Source: an uncultured Dictyoglomota bacterium
Lineage (GTDB): Bacteria > Dictyoglomota > Dictyoglomia > Dictyoglomales > Dictyoglomaceae
Direction of reading: 5' to 3'
Length of the DNA stretch: 64,000 nucleotides
Assembly: GCA_964654465.1 (NCBI GenBank)
Contig: CAZZIO010000040.1
Span: 190,037-254,036 of the forward strand
Shown: positions 40,930 through 50,250 of the stretch, one piece after another
Position numbering within the stretch: position 1 is the first letter of the stretch
Layout of the letters: every line of letters begins with the position of its first letter
Program-made: the position numbers and the translations under genes
Notes under the pieces: generated by a model
What the model was told of the DNA's origin: nothing
The model's input: only the letters and a program-made list of their open reading frames with translations
The model's database searches: none

Positions 40930-42451
40930 AGATTTCCATAAAAATATCTGGAAGAAAATCTATAATATCTGACGAAATCATACCGTAATTTCCTCTATTT
41001 CTCTTCCAAAAATTAACAGAAAATCCATGAATATAGTTCCCTAAAATACATGCATTATTCTCACTAAGGCCTTGGGCTAAAAGACTTGCTAAAATACCAG
41101 TAAGAACATCACCAGATCCTGCAGTAGCAAGTAAAGAATCTGCAAAAGGATTTACATAAATTTGTCCTTCTTTGGTAAAGGTTAAAGAATAAGGACCTTT
41201 AAGTATTAAGTTTATTTTGTGTTTTCTTACAAAGTCTTCACCAATCAAGAATCTATTTTTCTGTATATAACCAACGGGAAGATTTAAAATTTTTGACATC
41301 TCTCCATAATGAGGTGTAATAATTATCTTTTTTCCTTTTATCTCTTCCAAAATATCCTTGATATATACTAAAGCATCAGCATCTACCACTATAGGAATAT
41401 CTACTTTAGTAATAAGTCCTTTGACAAAAAAACTAGTGTCTGAATATAATCCGATACCAGGTCCTAAACCTATAGCATCAATTTCATAGCTATTTATAAA
41501 CTCAATAATATAATCTAAATTTTCCGAAGAAATATAACCATCAATTTCTTTAAGAGGAATATATATTATTTCGGGATATAAAGCCCTGTAAATCATATGA
41601 ATACTTTCTGGTACAGAAAGATAGACCATACCTGCCCCACTTCTTAAAGCGGATAAAGCAGAAAGAATCGGTGCTCCTGTATATTTCAAAGATCCCCCAA
41701 TAATTAATACTTTTCCTTTTTTTCCTTTATAAACCATCTTAGTATGAACAGGAATTAACTTTTGTACCATATTTTCATCCACAAGCTCCATATTACTTTT
41801 TACTATAGAATCCAAAAACATATCCCCAAAGTTAAGTCTACCTACTACTAAATTTCCAATATACTCTATAGCAGGATATTCAAAAAATCCCTTTTTAGGA
41901 TAAAACATAGTTAAAGTATATGAGGACTTTATAGCAGAACCCCTAATTTCACCAGTATCAGAGTCAATTCCAGAAGGGACATCTATAGAAATTACAAATT
42001 TTTTTAATTCATTTATATATTCGAAAATATTTTTAAGATTATCTTCGATATCTCTTTTTAACCCAATTCCAAATATTCCATCTACAATAATATCAAACAA
42101 GCTTAGATCTTTATAATTAGCCTTTAAATCTAATATAAGAACATCATTTATAAGGCTCAGTTGAATTTTTAAAAGATCTGATATTTTTTTATCCCAAAAA
42201 TAAGAAAACACGTATACATTTTTCACACCATAATTTAGAAGGTGCCTAACTAAAGCAACACCATCTCCCCCATTATTCCCAGGACCACAAAGAATAGCCA
42301 CATTCTTGCTTTTTAAATCTGGGATATTATCTTTTAAGAAATTAAAAAGAAAGATCGAGGCATTCTCCATCAACATAAGAGTTGGAATCTTATATTGCTC
42401 TTCTAAAATTTTCTCCAAATTTCTTATATCTTCAGAATTTACAATTTTCAT
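40910..42451 (-). CDS. nnr: Bifunctional NAD(P)HX epimerase/dehydratase
   Basis: CGPGNNGGDG and DVPSG (YjeF-N); GPGIG, VDADAL, TPHYGE and ATAGSGDVLTG (YjeF-C). Confidence 0.93.
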   Translation of the reverse strand: MKIVNSEDIRNLEKILEEQYKIPTLMLMENASIFLFNFLKDNIPDLKSKNVAILCGPGNNGGDGVALVRHLLNYGVKNVYVFSYFWDKKISDLLKIQLSLINDVLILDLKANYKDLSLFDIIVDGIFGIGLKRDIEDNLKNIFEYINELKKFVISIDVPSGIDSDTGEIRGSAIKSSYTLTMFYPKKGFFEYPAIEYIGNLVVGRLNFGDMFLDSIVKSNMELVDENMVQKLIPVHTKMVYKGKKGKVLIIGGSLKYTGAPILSALSALRSGAGMVYLSVPESIHMIYRALYPEIIYIPLKEIDGYISSENLDYIIEFINSYEIDAIGLGPGIGLYSDTSFFVKGLITKVDIPIVVDADALVYIKDILEEIKGKKIIITPHYGEMSKILNLPVGYIQKNRFLIGEDFVRKHKINLILKGPYSLTFTKEGQIYVNPFADSLLATAGSGDVLTGILASLLAQGLSENNACILGNYIHGFSVNFWKRNRGNYGMISSDIIDFLPDIFMEIFKGKSI

Positions 42452-42454
42452 ATT

Positions 42455-42802
42455 CTACCTCTCAAGAGTTATTATAACTCTATTAGGTAAGCAAACAATG
42501 CTTTCTCCCGTTTTATTTATAAATCCTTGTTTTATGCATATTTTATCAGGGCAAGGGGATGAGATCATATGTACTCCTTTTCCTTCTATATATTCAAAAA
42601 TACTATCTCCTAAGGGGCCTTTTACTTTATATTTATCACCACTTTTAAGTTTTGTTAGGGGTATTCTTAATACTTCTCTATTTTCTACTTGTATAACTAA
42701 AAATTTGGTTTCGCCTTTCGGTAGAAATAAATATATAATACTTATAATAGAAGAAATTAAAAGAATAAAAATTAACAAATTTGCTTTTTTCATATTCATC
42801 AT
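42455..42802 (-). CDS. NusG domain II-like (DUF1312) membrane-anchored protein
   Basis: N-terminal TM; SPCPDKICIKQGFI...IVCLPNRV. The true start may be 42799. Confidence 0.82.
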   Translation of the reverse strand: MMNMKKANLLIFILLISSIISIIYLFLPKGETKFLVIQVENREVLRIPLTKLKSGDKYKVKGPLGDSIFEYIEGKGVHMISSPCPDKICIKQGFINKTGESIVCLPNRVIITLER

Positions 42803-42874
42803 AAAAATTATACCACATCATCATATCACAAAGAGTACTTCAGAAATTTTATTTCTTTGATATAATTTATAATC

Positions 42875-43498
42875 ATGGTAAAGCTAAATAATTTTCAGAA
42901 TAAAAATATCAAGCTACCAACACCTATTTGTAAAGGTCATTTATCCATAGAAGAAGCATTACTTTTAAGAAGGTCGGTAAGAACATATAAAGAGAACCCC
43001 ATTAATTTACAAGATTTATCTCAAATATTATGGTCTGCCCAAGGAATAACAGAAAAGAATTACAAATTTAGGACATGTCCTTCTGCAGGTGCTACTTTTC
43101 CATTAGAAATATATGTCTTTGCTTATAAAGTTCATGATTTAGATATAGGAATTTACAAGTATATTCCTGAGAGCCATGAATTAAATCTCCATTTAAAAGG
43201 TGATAAGAGAGAAGATCTTTTTATCGCATGTTTAAGACAAGAATGGATTAGGAGAGCCCCAGTTATTATCATAATATCAGCTAATTACTATAAAACCACT
43301 GCAAGATATGGGGAAAGAGGAATAAGATATGTATTTATGGAAGCAGGACATTGTGCCCAAAATATTTATTTACAATGTGTATCTCTGAACTTGGGAACTG
43401 TAGCAGTAGGAGCCTTTAATGATGAAGATGTAAAAAGAATAATACATCTTCCTAAAAATGAGTTTCCTCTATATTTACTGCCTATTGGAAAGATTTAG
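42875..43498 (+). CDS. Nitroreductase-family (SagB/ThcOx-like) FMN oxidoreductase
   Basis: RRSVR, RTCPSAGATFPLE and EAGHCAQNIYL. Confidence 0.88.
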   Translation: MVKLNNFQNKNIKLPTPICKGHLSIEEALLLRRSVRTYKENPINLQDLSQILWSAQGITEKNYKFRTCPSAGATFPLEIYVFAYKVHDLDIGIYKYIPESHELNLHLKGDKREDLFIACLRQEWIRRAPVIIIISANYYKTTARYGERGIRYVFMEAGHCAQNIYLQCVSLNLGTVAVGAFNDEDVKRIIHLPKNEFPLYLLPIGKI

Positions 43499-43507
43499 TA
43501 AACATAG

Positions 43508-43537
43508 TTGATAAAATAAGCTAAGATGTGTTAGACT
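43508..43537 (+). promoter_or_regulatory. Candidate promoter for the 43571-53156 operon
   Basis: TTGATA, 18 bp spacer, TAGACT with an extended TG; strong AGGAGG RBS downstream. Confidence 0.5.
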
Positions 43538-43570
43538 TATCCAAAAAGAGTATTAGGAGGGTGAATAATA

Positions 43571-44602
43571 ATGAATAAATTTATGATTAAAGAGATTAGA
43601 GAAAGTTTTCAAATTATTAAGGGATACAAGGAAAGGGTAGAAGAATTTAAAAATATATCCGACGAACTCAAGAAGTATAATTTTAATCATGTGGTCTTCG
43701 TAGCAAGAGGTTCATCTGATAACGCTGCTATATGGGGAAAATATTATATAGAGTCTCATATAGGAATACCTGTTTCATTATGTGCCCCTTCCCTCTTCAC
43801 CATCTACAAAAGACCCCCAAACCTAAAAAATTCCTTAGTTATAGCCATATCTCAATCGGGAGAAAGTGATGATATATGTGAAGTAATAAGAACCGCTAAT
43901 GAACAAGGTACATTAACTATTGGAATAACAAATAATCCAGAAGGCAAATTAGCAAAACTTGCCAAAATCAATATATTTACCAATGCTGGACAAGAAAAAA
44001 GTGTGGCAGCCACAAAAACATATCTATCTCAACTTGTTTCTCTGTATTTTCTTATAAATTCTATAAAGGGTAGAATTTATATGGATGAATTTGATAAAAT
44101 ATTAAAGGCTATGGATACAATTTTGGGTATGGAAGAGAAAATAAAAGAAGAGGTAAAACCCTTTAAATATATGGAACATTGCGCTGTGTTAGGAAGAGGT
44201 TTTAACCTTTCCACAGCATTAGAAACAGCATTAAAATTCAAGGAGACTTCCTATATTATAGCCCAACCATATTCTTCCGCTGATTTTATGCACGGCCCCT
44301 TAGCTCTCGCCACTGAAGGTTTTCCTGTATTCTTCTTTGCCCCAAAAGGGGAGAGCTTAAACCATTCCTTAGAAATACTATCTATATTAAAAGAAAAGGG
44401 TACCGACATATATTTATTCAGTAACGAACCTAATCTTCATAAAGATTACCAAGGCTTCTTTATTGACTGTGATATTCCTGAAGATGTGTCTCCTATATTG
44501 TTAATATATCCAGCTCAATTCTTTGCTTATTATTTAGCTGAATTAAAAGGTAGAGATCCGGATAATCCAAGAAATATAAGAAAGGTGACCATAACACGGT
44601 AG
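43571..44602 (+). CDS. SIS-domain sugar-phosphate isomerase/deaminase (GlmS C-terminal-like; possible GlcN-6-P deaminase)
   Basis: ARGSSDNA, ISQSGES, EKSVAATKTY, ETALKFKE, HGP and DPDNPRNIRKVT; no glutaminase domain. Confidence 0.85.
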   Translation: MNKFMIKEIRESFQIIKGYKERVEEFKNISDELKKYNFNHVVFVARGSSDNAAIWGKYYIESHIGIPVSLCAPSLFTIYKRPPNLKNSLVIAISQSGESDDICEVIRTANEQGTLTIGITNNPEGKLAKLAKINIFTNAGQEKSVAATKTYLSQLVSLYFLINSIKGRIYMDEFDKILKAMDTILGMEEKIKEEVKPFKYMEHCAVLGRGFNLSTALETALKFKETSYIIAQPYSSADFMHGPLALATEGFPVFFFAPKGESLNHSLEILSILKEKGTDIYLFSNEPNLHKDYQGFFIDCDIPEDVSPILLIYPAQFFAYYLAELKGRDPDNPRNIRKVTITR

Positions 44603-44604
44603 AT

Positions 44605-45069
44605 ATGATAAAAATAGTTATTGATCTAATTAACAATCCAATTTTCATTATTCCTTTCCTCGTAGTAATAATTACTCAAGGGCTGAAGGGTATTATAAAA
44701 ATTATTCAAGAAAAAAAGTTTTTATGGATAGCCTTCTTTGAGTGGGGAGGAATGCCAAGTTCTCACTCAGCCCTTGTTGTATCTTTATCATTAATAATAG
44801 GTATAAAGGAAGGTTTTAATTCTACCATTTTTATATTATCTATGTTCTTAGCTGGAATAGTAATTGCAGATGCAATCGGAGTAAGACTTGCTACAGAAGA
44901 GCAAGCAAAAGTAATAAATAAGATAATTCAAAGGGAGTTAAAAGATCCAGAATTAAAAGAGATAAATCTGAAAGAATCTATTGGACATACCCCTATAGAA
45001 GCTATAGTCGGAGGAATAATTGGTTTAATCTTAGGACATCTTCTATATTACGGGATATTTCATAGATGA
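44605..45069 (+). CDS. Divergent PAP2 family (DUF212) membrane protein
   Basis: GGMPSSHSA, DAIGVR and GHTPIEA. Confidence 0.88.
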   Translation: MIKIVIDLINNPIFIIPFLVVIITQGLKGIIKIIQEKKFLWIAFFEWGGMPSSHSALVVSLSLIIGIKEGFNSTIFILSMFLAGIVIADAIGVRLATEEQAKVINKIIQRELKDPELKEINLKESIGHTPIEAIVGGIIGLILGHLLYYGIFHR

Positions 45070-46271
45070 AAATAGGATTCTTTAGTGATACCTATAAACC
45101 TCAAAAGAACGGTGTAGCTACCGCCCTATTTTTTCAGAAGAAAACCTTAGAAGAAGAAGGTCATGAAGTACATCTATTTATTCCTTATATACCTAAAATC
45201 TTACCAGAAAAACATGTCTATCAGCTTTTTTCTATTACTTTTCCATTTCAAAAAGAACATAGAATAGCAACTCCTTTTTCTGCAAATTATGATCTATATC
45301 TTAACAATCTTAAATTGGATGTAATTCATACCCATACTCCTTTTTCCTTAGGAATTTTTGGAGCTTATGAAGCTAAAAAAAGAAAAATCCCCCTTATACA
45401 TACCTACCACACCTTGCTTACTGAATACGCCTACTACATATGGGATCATTTTCCAGATATGGTCAAAAAACATATAATAACTGAGGAAAGAGCAAAAGAT
45501 ATAGCAATATGGATTAGTAGATCTTATTGCAACCTCTGTGATACTGTAATCGCCCCTTCCACAAAGATTAAAAAACTACTTATTGATTTTGGAGTTAAGA
45601 AACCTATAGAAATAATTCCTAATGGTTTAGATTTGAGGAATTTTCATCCCATTGATAAAAAAGTAGCAAGAGATAGATTACATCTTCCTACTGATGCATA
45701 TATTTTACTATTTGTGGGAAGGTTAGGAAAAGAAAAGAACATAGAATTTTTATTGAAAGTTATGAATAAATTAAAAAATTATCCCAAAATCTACCTTCTC
45801 ATTGTAGGAGATAACCCTGACAAGAGAGTAATAAATAATCTAAAAGAAGAAGCTAAAAACCTTAATATTGAAGATAGGGTAATATTTACTGGCTATCTTG
45901 ATTACGATAAAGTAATAGAGGCCTACTATTCTTCAGATATATTTGTCTTCTCGTCTTTGTCCGAGACCCAAGGTTTAGTAGTGTTAGAAGCTCTTACAGC
46001 TGGGCTTCCTGTAATTGCTTTAGAAGATGAGGCTATTGCAGATTTTGTAAAAGATGAAACAAATGGTTTTCTAATACCCTTCAAAACTTCTAACATAGAG
46101 GAAAGTATTATCTTATTTTCAAATAAAGTTATAGAATTATTAGAAAACTATAACTTATATAAAAAATTATCAGAAAATGCCATAAGTAGTGCCCAAAATT
46201 TCAGTGTTCAAAAGATTAATAAAAAACTCCTTGACTTGTATAACAACCTTATCAAAGAATATAATATTTAA
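45066..46271 (+). CDS. GT4 glycosyltransferase, monoglucosyldiacylglycerol-synthase-like
   Basis: FSDTYKPQKNGV, HTHTPFSLG, HTYHT, VGRLGKEKNI and SETQGLVVLEA. Confidence 0.85.
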   Translation: MKIGFFSDTYKPQKNGVATALFFQKKTLEEEGHEVHLFIPYIPKILPEKHVYQLFSITFPFQKEHRIATPFSANYDLYLNNLKLDVIHTHTPFSLGIFGAYEAKKRKIPLIHTYHTLLTEYAYYIWDHFPDMVKKHIITEERAKDIAIWISRSYCNLCDTVIAPSTKIKKLLIDFGVKKPIEIIPNGLDLRNFHPIDKKVARDRLHLPTDAYILLFVGRLGKEKNIEFLLKVMNKLKNYPKIYLLIVGDNPDKRVINNLKEEAKNLNIEDRVIFTGYLDYDKVIEAYYSSDIFVFSSLSETQGLVVLEALTAGLPVIALEDEAIADFVKDETNGFLIPFKTSNIEESIILFSNKVIELLENYNLYKKLSENAISSAQNFSVQKINKKLLDLYNNLIKEYNI

Positions 46272-46273
46272 AA

Positions 46274-47386
46274 ATGCCTGAATTTATTTCTCTTTTTATA
46301 GAAGAGTTAAACAGAAAAAAAGAAAAAATAAATAATCTTTTTTTCAAAAAAGATATAAAAGATAGGTCTTTTTTTGTAAACTTTGTAGAAACTCTATGGC
46401 ATAAAATACCAGAAAATTTACAAAGTAATGGTCATAAAATCTTTGCTATTGATGCCTCACAAAGAACCCTATCCTTTTCTCTTGGTCCGTATCTTCTTTT
46501 AACTCAAGGTTTAGCTATAGGTACTGAAGGTTATGAGAAAGCTACCATCTCATTAGATCCAATACCCGCATCAATTTCTGAAAATCAATTGGCATGGATA
46601 CGGGATTTAATAATGCAAAAAATAGAAACTGAACTTGCCCTTAAAATTATAGAAGAAATTAAACCCCCCTTCATCTTATTTATTGATGGCTCTATCATCT
46701 CACGACTTTCATATCTATTAAGATATATAAATCTTATAGAGGAAGAGCCTTACAAAGACTTGGCTCTTAATGTTTTAAATACCACCATAGAACTCATTCT
46801 AAAATCCAAAAATAAAAATATAGAATTAATATCTATATCAAAATCAAGTAGAAACACCTTTTTCTTTCAAATTTTATCAATAGACCATCCTGAATTAAAA
46901 GAAGAACTTCCCTACACCCCTATTGACGCAGAATTTTTAAATATCCTTTCCTGGGAGCCAGGATATAGTACTCCCCTACTAATAGGAGCAGAAATGGGAC
47001 TTGGTCATAATCAAATAGAGCTCATAGAGAAAGATCCTAATCTTCAAACCTTGCTAAAAGATATACCAGCTTTTATTACTTTCTATGTAAGACTCATTCC
47101 AAGAGACCAAATTTTAAGAATTGATATACCAAACTACTTAATAGAGGATTCAACCACACTTTTAGAAGTAAACTTTCATTGGGAAAAAGATGTAAATATA
47201 GATAATATCCTTGCTATACTTAGAGAAAATTGTATAAACTCTCAAATATATCAAACTCCTTTGTATTTAGTAGATAACATTGTCAGAATTAAAAAAACCC
47301 CCGATTTAGAAAGGTATATAATGATTCTTAAAAAAGAATTTCCTGACATCTTAGAATTAGATAGATCTCAAAGGAGGTTTTTCTAA
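46274..47386 (+). CDS. nurA: NurA-family nuclease
   Basis: FAIDAS, LFIDGSI, ISISKSS, RIDIP and YQTPLYLVDNIVRI pattern; directly upstream of herA. Confidence 0.78.
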   Translation: MPEFISLFIEELNRKKEKINNLFFKKDIKDRSFFVNFVETLWHKIPENLQSNGHKIFAIDASQRTLSFSLGPYLLLTQGLAIGTEGYEKATISLDPIPASISENQLAWIRDLIMQKIETELALKIIEEIKPPFILFIDGSIISRLSYLLRYINLIEEEPYKDLALNVLNTTIELILKSKNKNIELISISKSSRNTFFFQILSIDHPELKEELPYTPIDAEFLNILSWEPGYSTPLLIGAEMGLGHNQIELIEKDPNLQTLLKDIPAFITFYVRLIPRDQILRIDIPNYLIEDSTTLLEVNFHWEKDVNIDNILAILRENCINSQIYQTPLYLVDNIVRIKKTPDLERYIMILKKEFPDILELDRSQRRFF

Positions 47387-47392
47387 ATAATC

Positions 47393-49072
47393 ATGGACTT
47401 AAAATGTGTAGGATACTTGGTGGGTGAAAGTTTTTGCGATAGTTTTCAATTTATTACTAATGAAGAATTAGCCCCTAAAAGATTGGAATATGTCATAATT
47501 AAAGGAACTGCTGCATCGGATGAAGAGGTAGACGTATTAGCTCAAGTAGAAAGTCTAAAGGCTTTTTCAGATATATTAACAGAAGATCAGGAATATGATG
47601 CAACCACAAGACTTTTAGAATTAAATTACAAAATACCACTAAAGCTCATTGCTACAGCCAGAGTTTTAGGCTATTTAGATATTGGTGATAATATTCAGCT
47701 TCCAAGATCAGTTTCCTTACCAGGTTCTCCGGTTTTTTTAGCTCCTGATGATCTTCTTAGAAGATTCTTCACTCATAAAAAGGCCACCGCTATAGAAATT
47801 GGAACCTTACTTTATAGGCCTAATGTCAAAGTAACTCTTGATCCCAATGGACTTAGGAGACATCTGGCCATAATTGCTCAAACAGGAGCAGGTAAATCTT
47901 ATCTTACAGGATTACTTTTAGAGAAACTTGTAAAACTTGGTGCTACTATTTTAGTATTTGATCCTAATAGTGACTATGTCTTACTAAGAAGGAAAAGAAA
48001 TAATTTAAAAGAATTTTCATCTATTGCCCAACAAGTTAACATTTATAGAATACCTCAAGTAAAAGGGAGATTTACGGATGATATCATTGGGGGTGTAATA
48101 CCCTATTCAATCAGATTTAGTGAGTTAGAAAACGAACAAATAGCAGAAATATTAGGAATCTCAGAATATAGTAACATAAGAGATGCAGTTGAAACAGCTA
48201 TAGAGGAACTTAGAAAAGAAGGTGTTGATTTTACCCCAAAGGAACTTTATGAAAAATTACAATCTATGGCAGGTATAGACGAGGAAGAGGAAAAAGAAGA
48301 AATATTAGATTTTGACGACTATGAAAAAAAATATGTAAAAAAAATAGAGAAAAAGAATAAAAAATACTCTGAAGAAACAATGATTGGAGCAAGAAAAGCA
48401 TTAAAATATGTAAAATGGATAAAAGATTATCCAATATGGGGATTTAAAGATATAAAGATTGAGGAAATTCTAAAACCTGCTCAGATATCTGTCATAGATT
48501 TGGCAGGTATAGAGAAGAACCTACAAGATTTAGTAGTAAGTAAATTGTTAAATGATATATGGACTAAAGCAAAATCAGAAGGACTTACATATCCCTTATT
48601 TATTGTATTAGAAGAAGCCCATAATTTAGTGCCAAAAGAGAAAGCAGAGAAATTAAGAAGTGCTAAGATAATAAATTCAATTGCAGCGGAAGGACGAAAA
48701 TTTAAAGTATTTCTTATTGTGGTCACACAAAGGCCCTATAAAATAAGCAGTAATACTTTATCCCAATGTGGAAGCCAGATAATAATGAGATTAACCAATC
48801 CTACAGATCAAAACGCAGTAAAAGAAGCATCAGAAGCTCTTTCAGAAAACTTATTTAATGATCTTCCTGGATTAAACATTGGAGAAGCTATTATCTTAGG
48901 AAGATTAACCCGTATTCCTGTAATGGTAAAGATTGGGGAAAGAGAAACTGCAGAAGGAGGTTTTGATATAGACATAGATGAAGAATTTGAAAAAGCTCTA
49001 AAAGATGCTCAAAATAGAGATATATTCGAAGATATTATAACCGATCTCCCTGATATTGGGAGTGAAATCTAA
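47393..49072 (+). CDS. herA: HerA-family DNA translocase/helicase
   Basis: N-terminal HAS-barrel-like region; RHLAIIAQTGAGKSY, FDPNSDY, VLEEAHN and EGRKFKVFLIVVTQRP. Confidence 0.9.
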   Translation: MDLKCVGYLVGESFCDSFQFITNEELAPKRLEYVIIKGTAASDEEVDVLAQVESLKAFSDILTEDQEYDATTRLLELNYKIPLKLIATARVLGYLDIGDNIQLPRSVSLPGSPVFLAPDDLLRRFFTHKKATAIEIGTLLYRPNVKVTLDPNGLRRHLAIIAQTGAGKSYLTGLLLEKLVKLGATILVFDPNSDYVLLRRKRNNLKEFSSIAQQVNIYRIPQVKGRFTDDIIGGVIPYSIRFSELENEQIAEILGISEYSNIRDAVETAIEELRKEGVDFTPKELYEKLQSMAGIDEEEEKEEILDFDDYEKKYVKKIEKKNKKYSEETMIGARKALKYVKWIKDYPIWGFKDIKIEEILKPAQISVIDLAGIEKNLQDLVVSKLLNDIWTKAKSEGLTYPLFIVLEEAHNLVPKEKAEKLRSAKIINSIAAEGRKFKVFLIVVTQRPYKISSNTLSQCGSQIIMRLTNPTDQNAVKEASEALSENLFNDLPGLNIGEAIILGRLTRIPVMVKIGERETAEGGFDIDIDEEFEKALKDAQNRDIFEDIITDLPDIGSEI

Positions 49073-49074
49073 AC

Positions 49075-50250
49075 ATGATAAAAATTCTTATAACTGCTGA
49101 TAACCATTTAGGTAAATACTACAAAAAGTTAGTACCAGAAAGACTAAACGAAAGAAGAAGAAAGATAAGAGAAGCATTTAAAAAAACAGTAGATTATGCC
49201 ATTGAAGAAAAGGTAGATATATTTATACAAGCTGGAGATTTATTTGATTCTACAAATCCCAGGAATCAAGATTTGGCCTTTGTTGCTCGAGAGTTTTCAA
49301 GATTAAAAAGAAACTATATTCAAATTTATACTATTGGTGGAAACCACGATGCTCCAAATATGATAGATAGTGATGCCTTTCCCATGAAAATTTATGAAGA
49401 AGTAGGTTTAATAAAATCTTTTTTATCTCAATCTAATATTAACGTAGATATATTTGAGAAGGATCAGAAATTAATTATATCTGGTTTATCCCATGATCCA
49501 AGAAAAAAGGGAAGAATTGATCCCTTAGAAAATATAAAATTATCAGATTCTATACCTCAAGATAATAATATATGGAAAATCCTAATTCTCCATTACTCCT
49601 TTGAAAAATATGCTCATCCAAAATCTTCTGAGCCTCAAGTATCACTACATACTTTATATAGCCTCCCCTTTAATATTTATATATTGGGACACCTCCATGA
49701 GAAGAATATTTATAAATTTGGAGATAAAATACTAATAATACCAGGAAGTACTGAAAGATTTGATTTTGGAGAAATAGATCTTACTCCAGGTTTTTACCTA
49801 TTAAAAATAGAAGGAAAAAAGATTGACATAATTCACGAAAAAATAGAACCACAACCTATGAAAATCATGGAAATAAAACTTTCAGAAATTACAGAAAAAG
49901 ATTATACCAATGCTATTATTGAAAAAATATTAAGAGAATCTCAAAAAGATCTTATGTTAAAATGCAAAATTGTAGGAGAAATTCCTATATCTATATATAG
50001 TTCCATAAATTTTAGCAAGATACTAGACGAAGGACTTAAAGCTAATTTCTTATTTGACTTAGATACGCAAAATTTGAGAATAAAAGGGAAAGAGATATCA
50101 ATAATACCATCAGAAGATTTCAGTTTTGAAAAGAATCTGTCTAAAATAACAGAAAAATACTTGGAAGAAAACAAAGAAGATCAAGAAGCTATAATAGAAG
50201 CAGTTAAATGGATAAGAGAAGAGTTAAAAATTAGAGGAGAGTTCTTATGA
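49075..50250 (+). CDS. sbcD: Mre11/SbcD-family nuclease
   Basis: ADNHLG, AGDLFD, GGNHD, GHLH and PGSTER metallophosphoesterase motifs. Confidence 0.9.
   Translation: MIKILITADNHLGKYYKKLVPERLNERRRKIREAFKKTVDYAIEEKVDIFIQAGDLFDSTNPRNQDLAFVAREFSRLKRNYIQIYTIGGNHDAPNMIDSDAFPMKIYEEVGLIKSFLSQSNINVDIFEKDQKLIISGLSHDPRKKGRIDPLENIKLSDSIPQDNNIWKILILHYSFEKYAHPKSSEPQVSLHTLYSLPFNIYILGHLHEKNIYKFGDKILIIPGSTERFDFGEIDLTPGFYLLKIEGKKIDIIHEKIEPQPMKIMEIKLSEITEKDYTNAIIEKILRESQKDLMLKCKIVGEIPISIYSSINFSKILDEGLKANFLFDLDTQNLRIKGKEISIIPSEDFSFEKNLSKITEKYLEENKEDQEAIIEAVKWIREELKIRGEFL

Noticed and set aside
42875-43498. SagB/ThcOx-like gene as part of a RiPP (azole peptide) cluster
   Set aside because: No YcaO, precursor peptide or transporter nearby; stand-alone nitroreductase-family members are common.
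48270-48380. A/G-rich low-complexity stretch in herA (DEEEEKEEILDFDDYEKKYVKKIEKKNKK) as a repeat or frameshift site
   Set aside because: The reading frame is intact; it is most likely a charged loop in the helical insertion.
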